Shown: positions 14,917 through 27,737 of the stretch, piece after piece
Position numbering within the stretch: the stretch's first letter is position 1
Layout of the letters: each line of letters begins with the position of its first letter
Source of the DNA: an uncultured Veillonellaceae bacterium
GTDB lineage: Bacteria; Bacillota; Negativicutes; JARBTT01
Direction: 5' to 3'
NCBI GenBank assembly: GCA_963805085.1
Contig: CAWDTA010000005.1
Location: 224,001 to 288,000 of the forward strand
Length of the DNA: 64,000 nt
The notes under the pieces: generated by a model
What the model was told of the DNA's origin: nothing
The model's database searches: none
The model's input: only the letters and a program-made list of their open reading frames with translations
Translations under genes and position numbers: made by a program

Positions 14917-16215
14917 TTGAACGAATGGTTTAAGTTTAAAGAAAGAGGTACCGATCTTTCTACTGAAGTTTTAGCTGGTGTTACGACTTTCGTAACAATG
15001 ATTTATATTGTTATTGTTAACCCAGCAGTACTTAGTCAAACAGGTATGGATTTTAATGGTGTTTTCATTGCTACGATTATTGCAAGTATGGTTGCAACCT
15101 TAATTATGGGGGTTTTTGCAAATTGTCCAATTGCCCTTGCTCCTGGTATGGGGTTAAACGCGTACTTTGCTTTTGCAGTTGTTATTGCAGCAGGGGTTCC
15201 TTGGCAAAAGGCGTTAGGTGCTGTATTTATTGCATCTGTTATATTTTTGATCTTATCTTTTACAAAATTCCGTTATATTTTAATTGATGCAATTCCGATG
15301 AGCTTAAAACAAGGAATTACAGCTGGTATTGGTTTATTTATTACTTTCATCGGTTTACAAAATTCAAAATTAATTGTTGGTTCACCAGCAACTTTGGTTA
15401 CGTTAGGTAACTTGTCAGAACCAATGACGTTACTTACAATTATAGGCTTGGTTATTACCTTGGTTCTAATGGTATATAAGGTTAAAGGTTCTTTATTTAT
15501 TGGAATGATCTGTACAGCCATTATTGCTTATTTACAAGGTTTGGTTGTTATTCCGGACAGCCTTTTTTCGGCGCCAGCAGGTTTATCTCATACGGCGATG
15601 CAAATGGACTTAGCAGGTGTATTTGATGGTAGTTTGTATGCGATTATCTTTACGTTCTTTATTGTGACTCTATTTGATACCACTGGTACGATGCTTGGTA
15701 TTGGGGAACAAGCAGGTTTAATTAAAGATGGTAAATTCCCACAAGTAAAAAGTGCATTACTTGCTGATGCTGTTGGAAGTACGCTTGGAGCGATGCTTGG
15801 TACAAGCCCAACATCTGCTTATGTAGAATCTGGGGCTGGTGTTGCCGCTGGTGGTCGTACTGGTTTTACTTCCGTTGTTGTAGCAATTTTATTTGCGTTT
15901 ACATTATTTTGTGCGCCAATAGCACAAATGTTAGCAGGGATTGCTGCAGTTACAGCACCATCCTTAATCATCGTTGGTTTCTTAATGATGAATGGTCTTC
16001 GGCAAATTGATTGGTCCGATATGGAAGAAGCTTTTCCAGCGTTCTTGGTTGTATTTTTAATGCCGATTAGTTACAGCATTGCAACTGGTATCGGTATTGG
16101 TTTCATCTTCTATCCTTTATTGAAATTATTCCGTGGTAAAGGAAAGGAAATACATCCAATTATGTATGTGTTCCAGATTTTATTTATCATACAACTTGGC
16201 TTCTTAAGTCATTAA
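14917..16215 (+). CDS. NCS2/AzgA family nucleobase (guanine/hypoxanthine) permease
   Basis: AGVTTFVTM, LAPGMGLNAYF, FDTTGT, YVESGAGVAAGGRTG. Confidence 0.92.
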   Translation: MNEWFKFKERGTDLSTEVLAGVTTFVTMIYIVIVNPAVLSQTGMDFNGVFIATIIASMVATLIMGVFANCPIALAPGMGLNAYFAFAVVIAAGVPWQKALGAVFIASVIFLILSFTKFRYILIDAIPMSLKQGITAGIGLFITFIGLQNSKLIVGSPATLVTLGNLSEPMTLLTIIGLVITLVLMVYKVKGSLFIGMICTAIIAYLQGLVVIPDSLFSAPAGLSHTAMQMDLAGVFDGSLYAIIFTFFIVTLFDTTGTMLGIGEQAGLIKDGKFPQVKSALLADAVGSTLGAMLGTSPTSAYVESGAGVAAGGRTGFTSVVVAILFAFTLFCAPIAQMLAGIAAVTAPSLIIVGFLMMNGLRQIDWSDMEEAFPAFLVVFLMPISYSIATGIGIGFIFYPLLKLFRGKGKEIHPIMYVFQILFIIQLGFLSH

Positions 16216-16225
16216 TTTATAAAAA

Positions 16226-16272
16226 GATAACGAGTCTATCAGTATAAGTACATTGATAGGTTCGTTATTTTT
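16226..16272 (+). terminator. Intrinsic terminator
   Basis: ATAACGAGTCTATCA/TGATAGGTTCGTTAT stem plus T-tract. Confidence 0.7.
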
Positions 16273-16355
16273 ATGTAGAAACTTAATTGCTTTAATGGTA
16301 TATTTAAAATAATTAAGTTTTTACATAAAATTGGTAATCGTATTGGAGGGCGGAC

Positions 16356-16997
16356 ATGAATAAATCTTTCAAAAAATTTAGTATATTTTTAATGGGCATT
16401 TATGTCACGGTATTTACATGTACCAGTACTATTGTTGAATCAAGACCGTTTACGTGGAATAGTAAACCACAGACGATGGTTCCTATTAGTTCAGATTATT
16501 CTATTATGGGGAATGCTGTAGCGACGAAAGAACAGTGTGTAAGCTATCTATTAAAAAATAATCCCAACCCTGCGCTCATGGTATCGCCAGAGCAACTGGT
16601 AGCGTATTACTATGAAGAGGCTAGTAGAGAAGGAGTCAAACCTGACATTGCCTTTGCCCAAGCCTTACATGAGACAGGTTATTTCCGTTATGGCGGTTCA
16701 GTGGTAGCAGAACAAAATAATTTTTGTGGCTTAGGTACCATTGGTGGCGGAGCACGAGGTGCGTGGTTTGCTAATTCACAGATGGGGGTACGTGCTCATA
16801 TTCAGCATATTTTAGCATATTCAAGTACCAAACCACCGAGCACCAATATTGTTGATCCACGGTATCGTTTGGTCGCTACGACAAGAAATTTTGGGCAAGC
16901 CAGAACATGGACAGACTTAGATGGTAGATGGGCGGTACCAGGGTATGGCTATGGAGAAAAAATACTGAAAATTCATAATGATATTTTAGCAGAGTAA
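16356..16997 (+). CDS. Exported glucosaminidase-domain (GH73-like) cell-wall hydrolase
   Basis: Signal-like N-terminus; AQALHETGYF, NNFCGLG, VDPRY, RWAVPG. Confidence 0.8.
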   Translation: MNKSFKKFSIFLMGIYVTVFTCTSTIVESRPFTWNSKPQTMVPISSDYSIMGNAVATKEQCVSYLLKNNPNPALMVSPEQLVAYYYEEASREGVKPDIAFAQALHETGYFRYGGSVVAEQNNFCGLGTIGGGARGAWFANSQMGVRAHIQHILAYSSTKPPSTNIVDPRYRLVATTRNFGQARTWTDLDGRWAVPGYGYGEKILKIHNDILAE

Positions 16998-17116
16998 TTA
17001 GAAGAAATGGTTAGAAAGTTTTTCACTATTTTATTAATGCTGTGTATAGATGGCAAAATGGTCGTGAACATTTTTCTTGAGCAATAAAATATGATAAATA
17101 GAGGGGCAAGCATTCG

Positions 17117-18592
17117 ATGTTAGTACAAGAACTTTTAAAACAGGGCAATGCAGAAACAATTGCATTAATTGATGGTGATAAGCGGATCACTTATCGCCAA
17201 TTGCAACTACAAATGGAAAAATATCGGAATTATTTTTATGCTTGTGGCATTCGCTCTGGTGAAAATATTGGCTTATTATCGCGTAATTCAGTTGAGTATA
17301 TCTATATTTATATGGCAATTGCTAGCTTAGGTGCTGTCGTTGTGCCGATTAATTTTCAATTAAGTGATCGTGAAATTGCTTATATTGTAAAAGATGCTGA
17401 CATGAATTTTTTGATTGCTAATCAAACGATTACTTTAGATCAAGTATTAGCAAAGCAAGGGTATCATAAAAAGTTAACCCAATTACAGATCCTTGATATC
17501 GTTGATGCTATTTCAAGTCAGTCTTATCAGAATTGTCCTAGCTTGCCGGATTCGTTTAGCGCGCAGGAAACTTGTGTTATTATTTATACTTCAGGTACGA
17601 CTGGAAGCCCAAAAGGTGCTGAATTGTCGCATCATAATTTGGTAAGTGATGCAGCTATGTTTCAAGAAGCGTTATCAATCAATGACCAAGATAATATTTT
17701 GTGTGTATTGCCTATGTATCATTGTTTTGCTTGGACTTGTGCGGTACTAAATCCATTATTAAGTGGGGCAACAATTACGATTCTTGATACATTTGCGCCG
17801 AAGGAAACTACCGAAGTAATTAAAGCAGAAAAGGTAAGTGTCGTTTATGCAGTGCCGGCAATTTGTAGCTTACTTACGCGATTAGCAACACCAACGGATT
17901 TGGCTACGGTACGGATTGTAGTTGTAGGTGGCACTACGTTACCTTTGAAAATTGCCGAAGATTTTATTGCCAAATTTGGGGTGGAATTATTAGAAGGATA
18001 TGGTTTATCAGAAGCATCACCAGTTGTGGCGGTCAATCGACCCGGAAAAGTAAAGTCTGGTTCTATTGGTTTGGCATTGCCACGGATTATTGCGTGTATT
18101 GTGAATGAAGAAGGCGAAGAATTGTCAAGAGGTGAGGTTGGTGAGCTAGTTGTTCGGGGAGATAATGTGATGAAAGGGTATTTTCATTTACCAGAGGAAA
18201 CCGAGAAAGCATTTGCTCATGGTTGGCTTCATACTGGAGATATGGCTTATCAAGATGAAGAGGGGTACATCTTTATCGTAGATCGCTTAAAGGATATGAT
18301 TATCAGCAATGGTGAAAATATTTATCCCCGAGAAATTGAAGAATTATTATATGCGTATCCCGATATTATGGAAGCAACAGTTGTTGGCGTAACTGACAAA
18401 CTTCGTGGTCAGGCGGGGGCTGCGTTTATCGTTGTGGAAACTGGCAAAGAACTAAGTAAAAAAGCGTTGAAAGAATATTTACAAGCAAATTTAGCTTTAT
18501 ATAAAATACCGCGTGAATTTCACGTGGTAGAGTCCTTACCTAAAAACCAGACGGGAAAGATTTTAAAAAGAGTATTGGTGGAATCAGTATAG
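17117..18592 (+). CDS. Long-chain fatty acid--CoA ligase (AMP-binding family)
   Basis: YTSGTTGSPKG, EGYGLSE, HTGD, DRLKDMI, TGKILK. Confidence 0.9.
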   Translation: MLVQELLKQGNAETIALIDGDKRITYRQLQLQMEKYRNYFYACGIRSGENIGLLSRNSVEYIYIYMAIASLGAVVVPINFQLSDREIAYIVKDADMNFLIANQTITLDQVLAKQGYHKKLTQLQILDIVDAISSQSYQNCPSLPDSFSAQETCVIIYTSGTTGSPKGAELSHHNLVSDAAMFQEALSINDQDNILCVLPMYHCFAWTCAVLNPLLSGATITILDTFAPKETTEVIKAEKVSVVYAVPAICSLLTRLATPTDLATVRIVVVGGTTLPLKIAEDFIAKFGVELLEGYGLSEASPVVAVNRPGKVKSGSIGLALPRIIACIVNEEGEELSRGEVGELVVRGDNVMKGYFHLPEETEKAFAHGWLHTGDMAYQDEEGYIFIVDRLKDMIISNGENIYPREIEELLYAYPDIMEATVVGVTDKLRGQAGAAFIVVETGKELSKKALKEYLQANLALYKIPREFHVVESLPKNQTGKILKRVLVESV

Positions 18593-18799
18593 TTGTTTTG
18601 ATGAATGTAAAAGCTAGGTAAAAAGGCCAATCTTCAATTTTATTGTACTATTTTTGTTTCGTGCGCATAGGCTGTTATAAAAAATATTTTTATAGCAGCT
18701 TTTTTATCATGATTTTACTGCGATTTATTAGACTTCACATACAGAATATGATAAAATATTGCGATATAAAGAAATTTTTTTAAAGGACTGATAAATTAA

Positions 18800-20422
<1,623 letters not shown>

Positions 20423-20435
20423 TTTTATATAAAAT

Positions 20436-20471
20436 AAAAGGCGAAACTCTCTAGGAGATTTCGCCTTTTTT
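20436..20471 (+). terminator. Intrinsic terminator
   Basis: AAAAGGCGAAA/TTTCGCCTTTTTT. Confidence 0.8.
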
Positions 20472-20536
20472 CATTTCGATGTTATACTAGTAGTAAGATG
20501 TATCTTAGTAAAATTTCTTGAATGGAGTAAAAGCGT

Positions 20537-22150
20537 ATGTTGATGGGAAGCTTTTTAAAATATAGCAAAGAAGCCCAAAGTCAAAATATATCTACAGATC
20601 GATTAAAAGAAATTATCTCAGTCTTGAATGGACGAGATATTGTCCATGGATTAACGCCAGAAAAATTACGATTGATTTTAGAAGATTTAGGCCCTACCTT
20701 TGTGAAACTTGGACAAATCATGTCAATGCGGCCTGACATCATGCCGCAGGAATATTGTGATGAATTGGTTAAATTGCGGGCAGAGGTAACACCCTTATCT
20801 TTCGAGCAAATTATCAAGGTAATAGAATCAGAATATAATACTTCAGCTTCAGATATTTTTGAGAAAATTGAACCTAACCCACTTGGTTCGGCATCAATTG
20901 CGCAGGTCCATGAAGCTACATTACGGAGCGGTAAAAAAGTCGTTGTAAAAGTACAACGACCAGGCATTTATGATGTTATGGCACAAGACATTGTCTTACT
21001 TCGCAGAGCAGCGCAAATCCTAAGGATTATCAGTGAGACAAGCAATGTACTTGATTTCAATATGATTGTTGATGAAATGTGGACTCTAGCCAAACAAGAA
21101 ATGGATTTTTTGATGGAGGCCAATCATAATTATGAATTTAGCAATTTTAATCGTGATGTAGAGTACGTATCATGCCCCATGATTGAGAAGCATTTAACTA
21201 CTTCACATATTTTGGTTATGGAATATATTGAAGGAATTCAGATTGATAAGGTCGATCAGCTAGTGGCACTTGGTTATGATATGACGGAGATTGGTAAAAA
21301 ACTTGGCGAAAATTATGTAAAGCAGATCGTTGACGATGGCTTTTTTCACGCCGATCCTCATCCAGGTAACATTTGGATCCGTGATGGGAATATTGTTTGG
21401 TTGGATTTGGGGATGATTGGAAAACTGTCACATAGAGATAAAACGATGTTTCGGAAGGCCGTCATTGCAATCGTCAATAATGACACATATGAGATGAAAA
21501 ATGCGGTGCTTTCTATTGGTATACAAAATGAGCGAGTCAATCATGCCAAGCTATATGCTGATATTGATGATGTAATGAATAAATATGTCGGAACGGATTT
21601 TGGCAGTCTGGATGTTGGACAGCTAATTCGAAGAATGCTCGGAATTGCGAAACGGCATAATATTGGTTTCGCCCCGGGGATTAGTATTCTTGCGCGTGGT
21701 GCAATAACCCTTGAAGGAGTGCTTAGATCTTGTTGTCCAGAAGTAAACTTAGTCGACATTTTATCAAGGCATATGAAGTCCGATTTTAAAAAAAATTTTG
21801 ATTTAGCTGAAGAATTGCAGCATACGCAGAAGTTGTTATATAAATTTACGCGTAAAGCAGTGGATATACCAGGGCAGTTGTCGGATATTTTAAAGATGAC
21901 AATCAAAGGGCAAACCAAGGTCAATTTAGATTTGACAGGCTGTGAAGAACCAATTAGACAAGTTGATAAGATGATCAATAAACTGATCGTTTGTATCATC
22001 AGTTCAGCATTATTAGTCGGTTCAAGCATTATTGCCACAACGCAAATGAAGCCTCAAATCATGGGGATACCGTTACTGGGGGTTTTTGGGTACATTGGTG
22101 CTTTGATTTTGTGTAGCCGGCTGTTATATAGTATATTAAAACATAAATAA
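20537..22150 (+). CDS. ABC1/AarF/UbiB family atypical kinase
   Basis: LGPTFVKLGQ, SASIAQVH, VKVQRP, FFHADPHPGN, DLGM; two C-terminal TM helices. Confidence 0.92.
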   Translation: MLMGSFLKYSKEAQSQNISTDRLKEIISVLNGRDIVHGLTPEKLRLILEDLGPTFVKLGQIMSMRPDIMPQEYCDELVKLRAEVTPLSFEQIIKVIESEYNTSASDIFEKIEPNPLGSASIAQVHEATLRSGKKVVVKVQRPGIYDVMAQDIVLLRRAAQILRIISETSNVLDFNMIVDEMWTLAKQEMDFLMEANHNYEFSNFNRDVEYVSCPMIEKHLTTSHILVMEYIEGIQIDKVDQLVALGYDMTEIGKKLGENYVKQIVDDGFFHADPHPGNIWIRDGNIVWLDLGMIGKLSHRDKTMFRKAVIAIVNNDTYEMKNAVLSIGIQNERVNHAKLYADIDDVMNKYVGTDFGSLDVGQLIRRMLGIAKRHNIGFAPGISILARGAITLEGVLRSCCPEVNLVDILSRHMKSDFKKNFDLAEELQHTQKLLYKFTRKAVDIPGQLSDILKMTIKGQTKVNLDLTGCEEPIRQVDKMINKLIVCIISSALLVGSSIIATTQMKPQIMGIPLLGVFGYIGALILCSRLLYSILKHK

Positions 22151-22186
22151 ACTCGGGAGGCTCAGCCTTTCGAGTTTATTTATGTT
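22141..22186. terminator. Bidirectional terminator between convergent genes
   Basis: ACATAAATAAACTCG/CGAGTTTATTTATGT. Confidence 0.75.
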
Positions 22187-22198
22187 CGTAGAATATTT

Positions 22199-24034
22199 TT
22201 ATTTATCAGAGCTATTACAAGTTGGTAAGAAGAATTTTATAAAAAAAGTGGTACCCCCTGAGGTGGAATCGATGGTAATCGTGGCATTATTTTTGCTGGC
22301 AATATTATAACAAATAGAAAGTCCTAAACCGGTACCGTTATCTTTGGTAGTAAAAAATGGTGTGCCGATTTTTTCTCGTATTTCATCAGGAATACCAGGG
22401 CCTTCATCTTTGATGGCTAATAAGAGGCTTTCAGGCGTAGTATGGTGGGTAGAAATCGTTATTTTTCCACCACGTTTCATTGCTTCTAAGCCATTTTTAA
22501 CGATATTTAAAATCAGTTGTCGAATCTCTTTACCATCTAGTAATAAATCAGGAATTTCATGCAAATCAACATCAATAAAGTTATTGCTTGTAATCGCATT
22601 GGTTTGCAATAAAGGTAGTATTTGTCTAATGATAGTATTTAAATTGACGGATTCTATTTGACTTCTTTTATTTTTTGCAAGTGATAAATACTCTGAAATG
22701 ATTAAATTCGCACGATCTAGTTCTTCAATCATCAATTCAAAATAAGATTGATAGGTTTTCATTTCATTTTTATTACTAAGCATTTGCAAAAAGCCACGAA
22801 CAGAGGTCATTGGATTGCGAATTTCATGTCCTACACCAGCAGCGAGTTCGCTGGCAATATTGAGTCGTTCTAGTCGATCAATTTCATTTGCTAGATCATG
22901 TACTTCACTGATATCATTGATCGTAAAAATAATCGCTGGTGTACCTTTATAATCAATATTACGAGCTGATAATAAACCAATGCGTTGGGATGGAGTTAAA
23001 GCTGTAAAATTAAAATTCATTTCTATATTTCTAACAATATTGTTATTTTCTAATCTTCTCAAGATACAATTGTGCTGATCTGGTTTTGTATCAAGTGTTA
23101 AGTCTAACCAAATTTTATCATAAATATGGTCATGCGATAACCCCGTTGCAATACAAAAGCTTTTATTTGCTTCAATGATTTCCCCAGCTCTATTCGTGAT
23201 GAATGTTATAATGGGTAATTGATCAAACGTAGTTTCACTTTCATCATTGGTTAATAAAAGTTTTTTGAAGATGTTCTTTTCTTGGATAATATCTGTAATG
23301 GAAACTAAGGTTTGCTTACTATGTGGGATGAGAGAAATGGTGATATAGAGATTCTTTTGGATACCTTTGGCCGTTTTCACGTGAATTGTATGATAATTAG
23401 GAGCACTATCAGGATCAAATTGCTTTTGGTTTTGCAGATGAATAAAGTAGCGATAAGATCTTTTGGATATTCGTCCTAAGTAGTCCTTTTTACCTTCATA
23501 ATCTTCTCGATTAATATCGAATAATTTTTCGCAACTTCTATTTAGTGAAACAATCGACATATTTTCACCAAAAATAACCATTGCGGTACTGCTATAATAA
23601 AATGCATCATAGTAAAGCTTAGGTAAGTCAGGTAATATAGGTACGGCTATGTTCTGTGATACTCGTTTGATCTTTATAATTGTATTGCTATTTTCTTGGT
23701 TTAAATCTTCCTGGGAAAACTTTACTTCAAAAGTAACGACAGAGTCGTTCAGTATTATTTTTTTTGTAAAAGTAATGGAAATATAATGCGATTGACGAAA
23801 GTTAGATAGCTCATTCATTAACCAATCTGGTAGATGAAATTTTTTCAGATTGATTTCTTTCGTAAATTTTAATTTTTTAAATAATTGCTCTCCCGCTTTA
23901 TTAATGGTTAGAATACAGTTTTTATAGTCAACTACAAAAACAGTAGCAGGTAAATTATCAACAAATTCGATATAATCATCATTATGGTTTGTAGATGTAA
24001 TATCAAGGGCTGTCTTAATGGAACGTTTGTTCAT
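22199..24034 (-). CDS. Cytoplasmic multi-PAS sensor histidine kinase (orphan)
   Basis: H-box AGVGHEIRNPMT, NIVKNGLEAM, DEGPGI, PFFTTKDNGTGLGL; three PAS-like segments; no TM. Confidence 0.9.
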   Translation of the reverse strand: MNKRSIKTALDITSTNHNDDYIEFVDNLPATVFVVDYKNCILTINKAGEQLFKKLKFTKEINLKKFHLPDWLMNELSNFRQSHYISITFTKKIILNDSVVTFEVKFSQEDLNQENSNTIIKIKRVSQNIAVPILPDLPKLYYDAFYYSSTAMVIFGENMSIVSLNRSCEKLFDINREDYEGKKDYLGRISKRSYRYFIHLQNQKQFDPDSAPNYHTIHVKTAKGIQKNLYITISLIPHSKQTLVSITDIIQEKNIFKKLLLTNDESETTFDQLPIITFITNRAGEIIEANKSFCIATGLSHDHIYDKIWLDLTLDTKPDQHNCILRRLENNNIVRNIEMNFNFTALTPSQRIGLLSARNIDYKGTPAIIFTINDISEVHDLANEIDRLERLNIASELAAGVGHEIRNPMTSVRGFLQMLSNKNEMKTYQSYFELMIEELDRANLIISEYLSLAKNKRSQIESVNLNTIIRQILPLLQTNAITSNNFIDVDLHEIPDLLLDGKEIRQLILNIVKNGLEAMKRGGKITISTHHTTPESLLLAIKDEGPGIPDEIREKIGTPFFTTKDNGTGLGLSICYNIASKNNATITIDSTSGGTTFFIKFFLPTCNSSDK

Positions 24035-24306
24035 AAAGATATCTCCTAAACTGTTTTTTGGTAAAATTTATTTTATAGATATTATATACAACACATACCA
24101 ATAAATACCTTTAATAATGGTAAAAATGGTAAAAAAATTTTCGCATATTAAATAGTGTAAGAATTTCCTCTATTATTCTATCAATAAAATTTATCATTCT
24201 AGTTTTTATTGAGAAATGTTGTTCATAAGAAGGGGAATTGATCAATAAAAGAGAATTTTATAATAGTTAATCTATGATGAAGTTTATTTAGGCAAAGGGG
24301 ATATTT

Positions 24307-24972
24307 ATGCAAGATTTTACAAAATATAATACGATATTTTTTGATTTAGATGGTACGTTGTTCGATTCTGCGCTAGGGATTATTCGTTGTCTTCAGTATT
24401 CATTAGAAAAGCTTAATATTGTGGAAACTGAAGGAGAGAAGCTACGCCATTATATCGGCCCTTCACTAACAGAAACTTATACAAAAATTTACGGTATGAG
24501 TGATGAGGAGGCCGTGCAAGCGACTGAGTTTTATCGCGAGCGATTTGAACGTGAGGGAATCAAGGAAAATGTAATGTTTGAAGGGGTCGATCATTTATTA
24601 GCGGGGTTGAAAGCACAGAAAAAAACAATGGTTCTCGCAACGGCAAAACCGACGGAGCACGCCAAAAAGATTTTAGAGTATTATCAGATTGATCATTATT
24701 TTACAGTGATTGCTGGCAGTAATTTTGATGGCACGCGGGAACATAAAGGCGAAGTGATCGAATTTGCTTTGTCCCAACTAGAAAATCCTGACGTTAAAAA
24801 TATTATTATGGTTGGTGATCGTCAGCATGATATTTTAGGGGCGAAAGAAAATGATCTTGCAGTTATTGGGGTAGGGTATGGGTATGGAACGTTAGAAGAG
24901 TTAACGGAAGCTAAACCGGATAAAATAGTTACTTCGGTGGAGGAACTTAGCAATCTATTATTAGGAAAATAA
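24307..24972 (+). CDS. HAD-superfamily hydrolase (5'-nucleotidase/phosphoglycolate phosphatase-like)
   Basis: FDLDGTL, ATAK, MVGDRQHD. Confidence 0.9.
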   Translation: MQDFTKYNTIFFDLDGTLFDSALGIIRCLQYSLEKLNIVETEGEKLRHYIGPSLTETYTKIYGMSDEEAVQATEFYRERFEREGIKENVMFEGVDHLLAGLKAQKKTMVLATAKPTEHAKKILEYYQIDHYFTVIAGSNFDGTREHKGEVIEFALSQLENPDVKNIIMVGDRQHDILGAKENDLAVIGVGYGYGTLEELTEAKPDKIVTSVEELSNLLLGK

Positions 24973-25124
24973 TCAGTATTTTATAGTCTAAATGATAAAC
25001 AATGCGTTTATTATTTAGACTATTTTTTACATAAGGAAAATAAAAATATGGTTACCTTTTTGAAAAATGCTGAATAGAATGAAAGAAAAAGGAAGCGGAA
25101 AAAATAAATAGTAGAGGGATCGGT

Positions 25125-26516
25125 ATGATAAGACAAAGTTTTGCGAAAAAACTTCGGCAAATGGTAGTGGGTGTAGACCGGCGCATACCAATACTGAATG
25201 GCGAATTGGTCACAGCAATCAATTTTGACAATGCCGCAACAACACCACCGTTTATCTCTGTTATGAGTGAGATTAATGAATTTGTTTCATGGTATTCCTC
25301 AGTGCATCGAGGAATGGGCTACAAGTCGACGGTGTCTTCAGACATTTACGAAAATGGTAGAGCGTTGATTAAAAAATTTGTTGGTGCAGATGATCATAAA
25401 GATACGTTGATTTATACAAAGACGACGACAGAAGCAATTAATATTTTTGCGAATGCTTTCTGGTATGAGCACCGAAAGGCAATGATTCTTAGTACAGAAA
25501 TGGAACATTTGGCGAACGATTTACCGTGGCGTTATAAATTTGCCATGGACTATGTAAAGATTGATCAAGTTGGCAGATTGGATCTGGTCGATTTAGAAAA
25601 GAAATTAATACAATACAAAGGCAAAGTCAAGCTGGTAAGTGTGACCGGTGCATCCAATGTAACTGGCTATATCAATCCGATTTATGATATTGCAAAGCTT
25701 GCGCATAGCTATGGTGCGGAAATATTAGTAGATGGTGCTCAATTGGTACCACATCGGGCGGTAGACATGAAGCCACATGAACGGGAGGAGCATATTGACT
25801 ATTTGGTATTTTCAGCTCATAAAATGTATGCACCTTTTGGTATTGGAGTGCTTATTGGCAAGAGTAGGACTTTTAAGAAAAACACACCTTATTTAAAAGG
25901 TGGAGGAGCAGTAGAACTCGTTACTGATACTTTTGTAGATTGGGATGCTGCGCCTTATAAAGATGAAGCTGGTACACCAAATGTGATCGGTGTTGCGGCA
26001 CTGTTAAAAGCGATTACTACTTTAAATAAGCTTGATATGCAGCGAGTCCATATCTATGAGCAAGAAGTGATAAATTATATCATTGACGGGCTTAGAGCTG
26101 TTAAAAATATTAAATTGTTTGGCTGTCCTAAAAAACAAGGTGATAAAGTCAGCATTATTTCTTTTATTTTGCCCAATATTGAGCATCGGATGATTGCAAA
26201 AATATTATCTTATGAATTTGGTATTGCTGTCCGCAGTGGTTTATTTTGCGCCCACCCTTATGTACAGAAGTTGCTAGGTTTGTCAAGTGAAGAGATTCAA
26301 TACTACAGAGAAAATGACAATGTCCCTTTTCCAGGAATCGTTCGAGTGAGCCTTGGAGTTTATAACAATTATGAAGAAGCGGATGTCTTTCTTCGTAGTG
26401 TGCATGATATCGCGAATAATGTTACTGGTTATATTGAAAAATATAGTAAGATAAAAGAGTTTCCCCCATATCCCAAGTCAGGTATATTTAACAATAATCG
26501 TCACTATTTACCATAA
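25125..26516 (+). CDS. Aminotransferase class V / cysteine desulfurase-like PLP enzyme
   Basis: FDNAATT, EHLAN, DGAQ, SAHKMYAP, EAGTPN, RSGLFCA. Confidence 0.88.
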   Translation: MIRQSFAKKLRQMVVGVDRRIPILNGELVTAINFDNAATTPPFISVMSEINEFVSWYSSVHRGMGYKSTVSSDIYENGRALIKKFVGADDHKDTLIYTKTTTEAINIFANAFWYEHRKAMILSTEMEHLANDLPWRYKFAMDYVKIDQVGRLDLVDLEKKLIQYKGKVKLVSVTGASNVTGYINPIYDIAKLAHSYGAEILVDGAQLVPHRAVDMKPHEREEHIDYLVFSAHKMYAPFGIGVLIGKSRTFKKNTPYLKGGGAVELVTDTFVDWDAAPYKDEAGTPNVIGVAALLKAITTLNKLDMQRVHIYEQEVINYIIDGLRAVKNIKLFGCPKKQGDKVSIISFILPNIEHRMIAKILSYEFGIAVRSGLFCAHPYVQKLLGLSSEEIQYYRENDNVPFPGIVRVSLGVYNNYEEADVFLRSVHDIANNVTGYIEKYSKIKEFPPYPKSGIFNNNRHYLP

Positions 26517-26674
26517 TAGGAGCTATAAGAGAAGGCGTTTTCTCTTGTAGCTCTTATTTTATATTAATTTTATATTAATTTATTAAATTTTGTAGAAGTT
26601 AGATAGGATTTTTGTCAATTAGTGCGAATACTATGAAAAGTACATTCGATTTTAAGATAATAATTAGGAGGTCT

Positions 26675-27046
26675 ATGGTGTTGCAAGGAATAAGGGGAGC
26701 TATTACTGTAACAGAAAATAACAAAGAAATTATTTTTCTCGCAGTACAAGAGTTGTTAAAGGAATTAGTGACCAAGAATAACTTAGATATTAAAGATATT
26801 GGGGCGGCTATTTTTAGTGCCACACCCGATTTAAATGCGGCATTTCCAGCAGCTGCAGCCAGAAAAATTGGCTGGGAATTAGTCCCATTATTTGGAACGC
26901 AAGAGCTGGATGTTGAAAATGGGTTAGATAAGTGCGTACGTGTACTTTTATTGGTAAATACAGAAAAACGACAAAATGAAATTGTCCATGTATATTTAGG
27001 CGAATCCAATTGCCTACGCCCTGATTTAGCCCAAAAGATATTGTAA
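26675..27046 (+). CDS. aroH: Chorismate mutase, AroH class
   Basis: GIRGAITV, FSATPDLNAAFPA, CVRVLL, HVYL, LRPDL; ATG after AGGAGG. Confidence 0.93.
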   Translation: MVLQGIRGAITVTENNKEIIFLAVQELLKELVTKNNLDIKDIGAAIFSATPDLNAAFPAAAARKIGWELVPLFGTQELDVENGLDKCVRVLLLVNTEKRQNEIVHVYLGESNCLRPDLAQKIL

Positions 27047-27093
27047 TCTACTGAAATACAAAATAATAATATGAATAAAAGGGGTTAGCTATA

Positions 27094-27489
27094 ATGAAAA
27101 AAGTAGTTCATACTGACAATGCACCAAAAGCAATTGGTCCATACTCGCAAGCGATTAAAGCAAATGGTTTCTTATTCATCTCAGGACAAATTCCAGTAAA
27201 TCCGCAGACTGGTGAAATCGTGGCAGGTGGTATCGAAGCGCAAACAGCACAATCCTTGGAAAATTTAAAAGCAATCCTAGCTGAAACTGGCGCTACGTTA
27301 AATGATGTTGTTAAAACTGGTGTTTTTCTAGCTGACATGAGCGATTTTGTAGCGATGAACACAGTATATGCAAAATACTTTATAAGCGAAGCACCTGCCC
27401 GTGCTTGTGTACAAGTTGCAAAATTGCCGAAAGATGCCTTAGTTGAAATTGAATTAATTGCAATTTGTAACGATAAGTACACCTATTAA
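27094..27489 (+). CDS. ridA: RidA/YjgF family imine deaminase
   Basis: [28 protein letters not shown]. Confidence 0.93.
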   Translation: MKKVVHTDNAPKAIGPYSQAIKANGFLFISGQIPVNPQTGEIVAGGIEAQTAQSLENLKAILAETGATLNDVVKTGVFLADMSDFVAMNTVYAKYFISEAPARACVQVAKLPKDALVEIELIAICNDKYTY

Positions 27490-27504
27490 GAAATAGGGAT
27501 AAAT

Positions 27505-27549
27505 AAACCCTAGTTGCATGTGAGTTATTATAATGCAACTAGGGTTTTT
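27505..27549 (+). terminator. Intrinsic terminator
   Basis: AAACCCTAGTTGCAT/ATGCAACTAGGGTTTTT. Confidence 0.8.
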
Positions 27550-27737
27550 ACGTATATCCTAAGTAAAGTTGGTTGATTTATCTAGAGTTTCTAGGAAGAT
27601 AAGTTTTTGTCATGGAATTGTCACATTGATATAGTATGGTAGAAAAATAATTGAACAAGTGGGAAAATATATTGGCAAGGCTTTATGTAATAGGTAGTGT
27701 GGTGACATTTGCAGAGGTAGATGGAGAGTGAAAGTTT

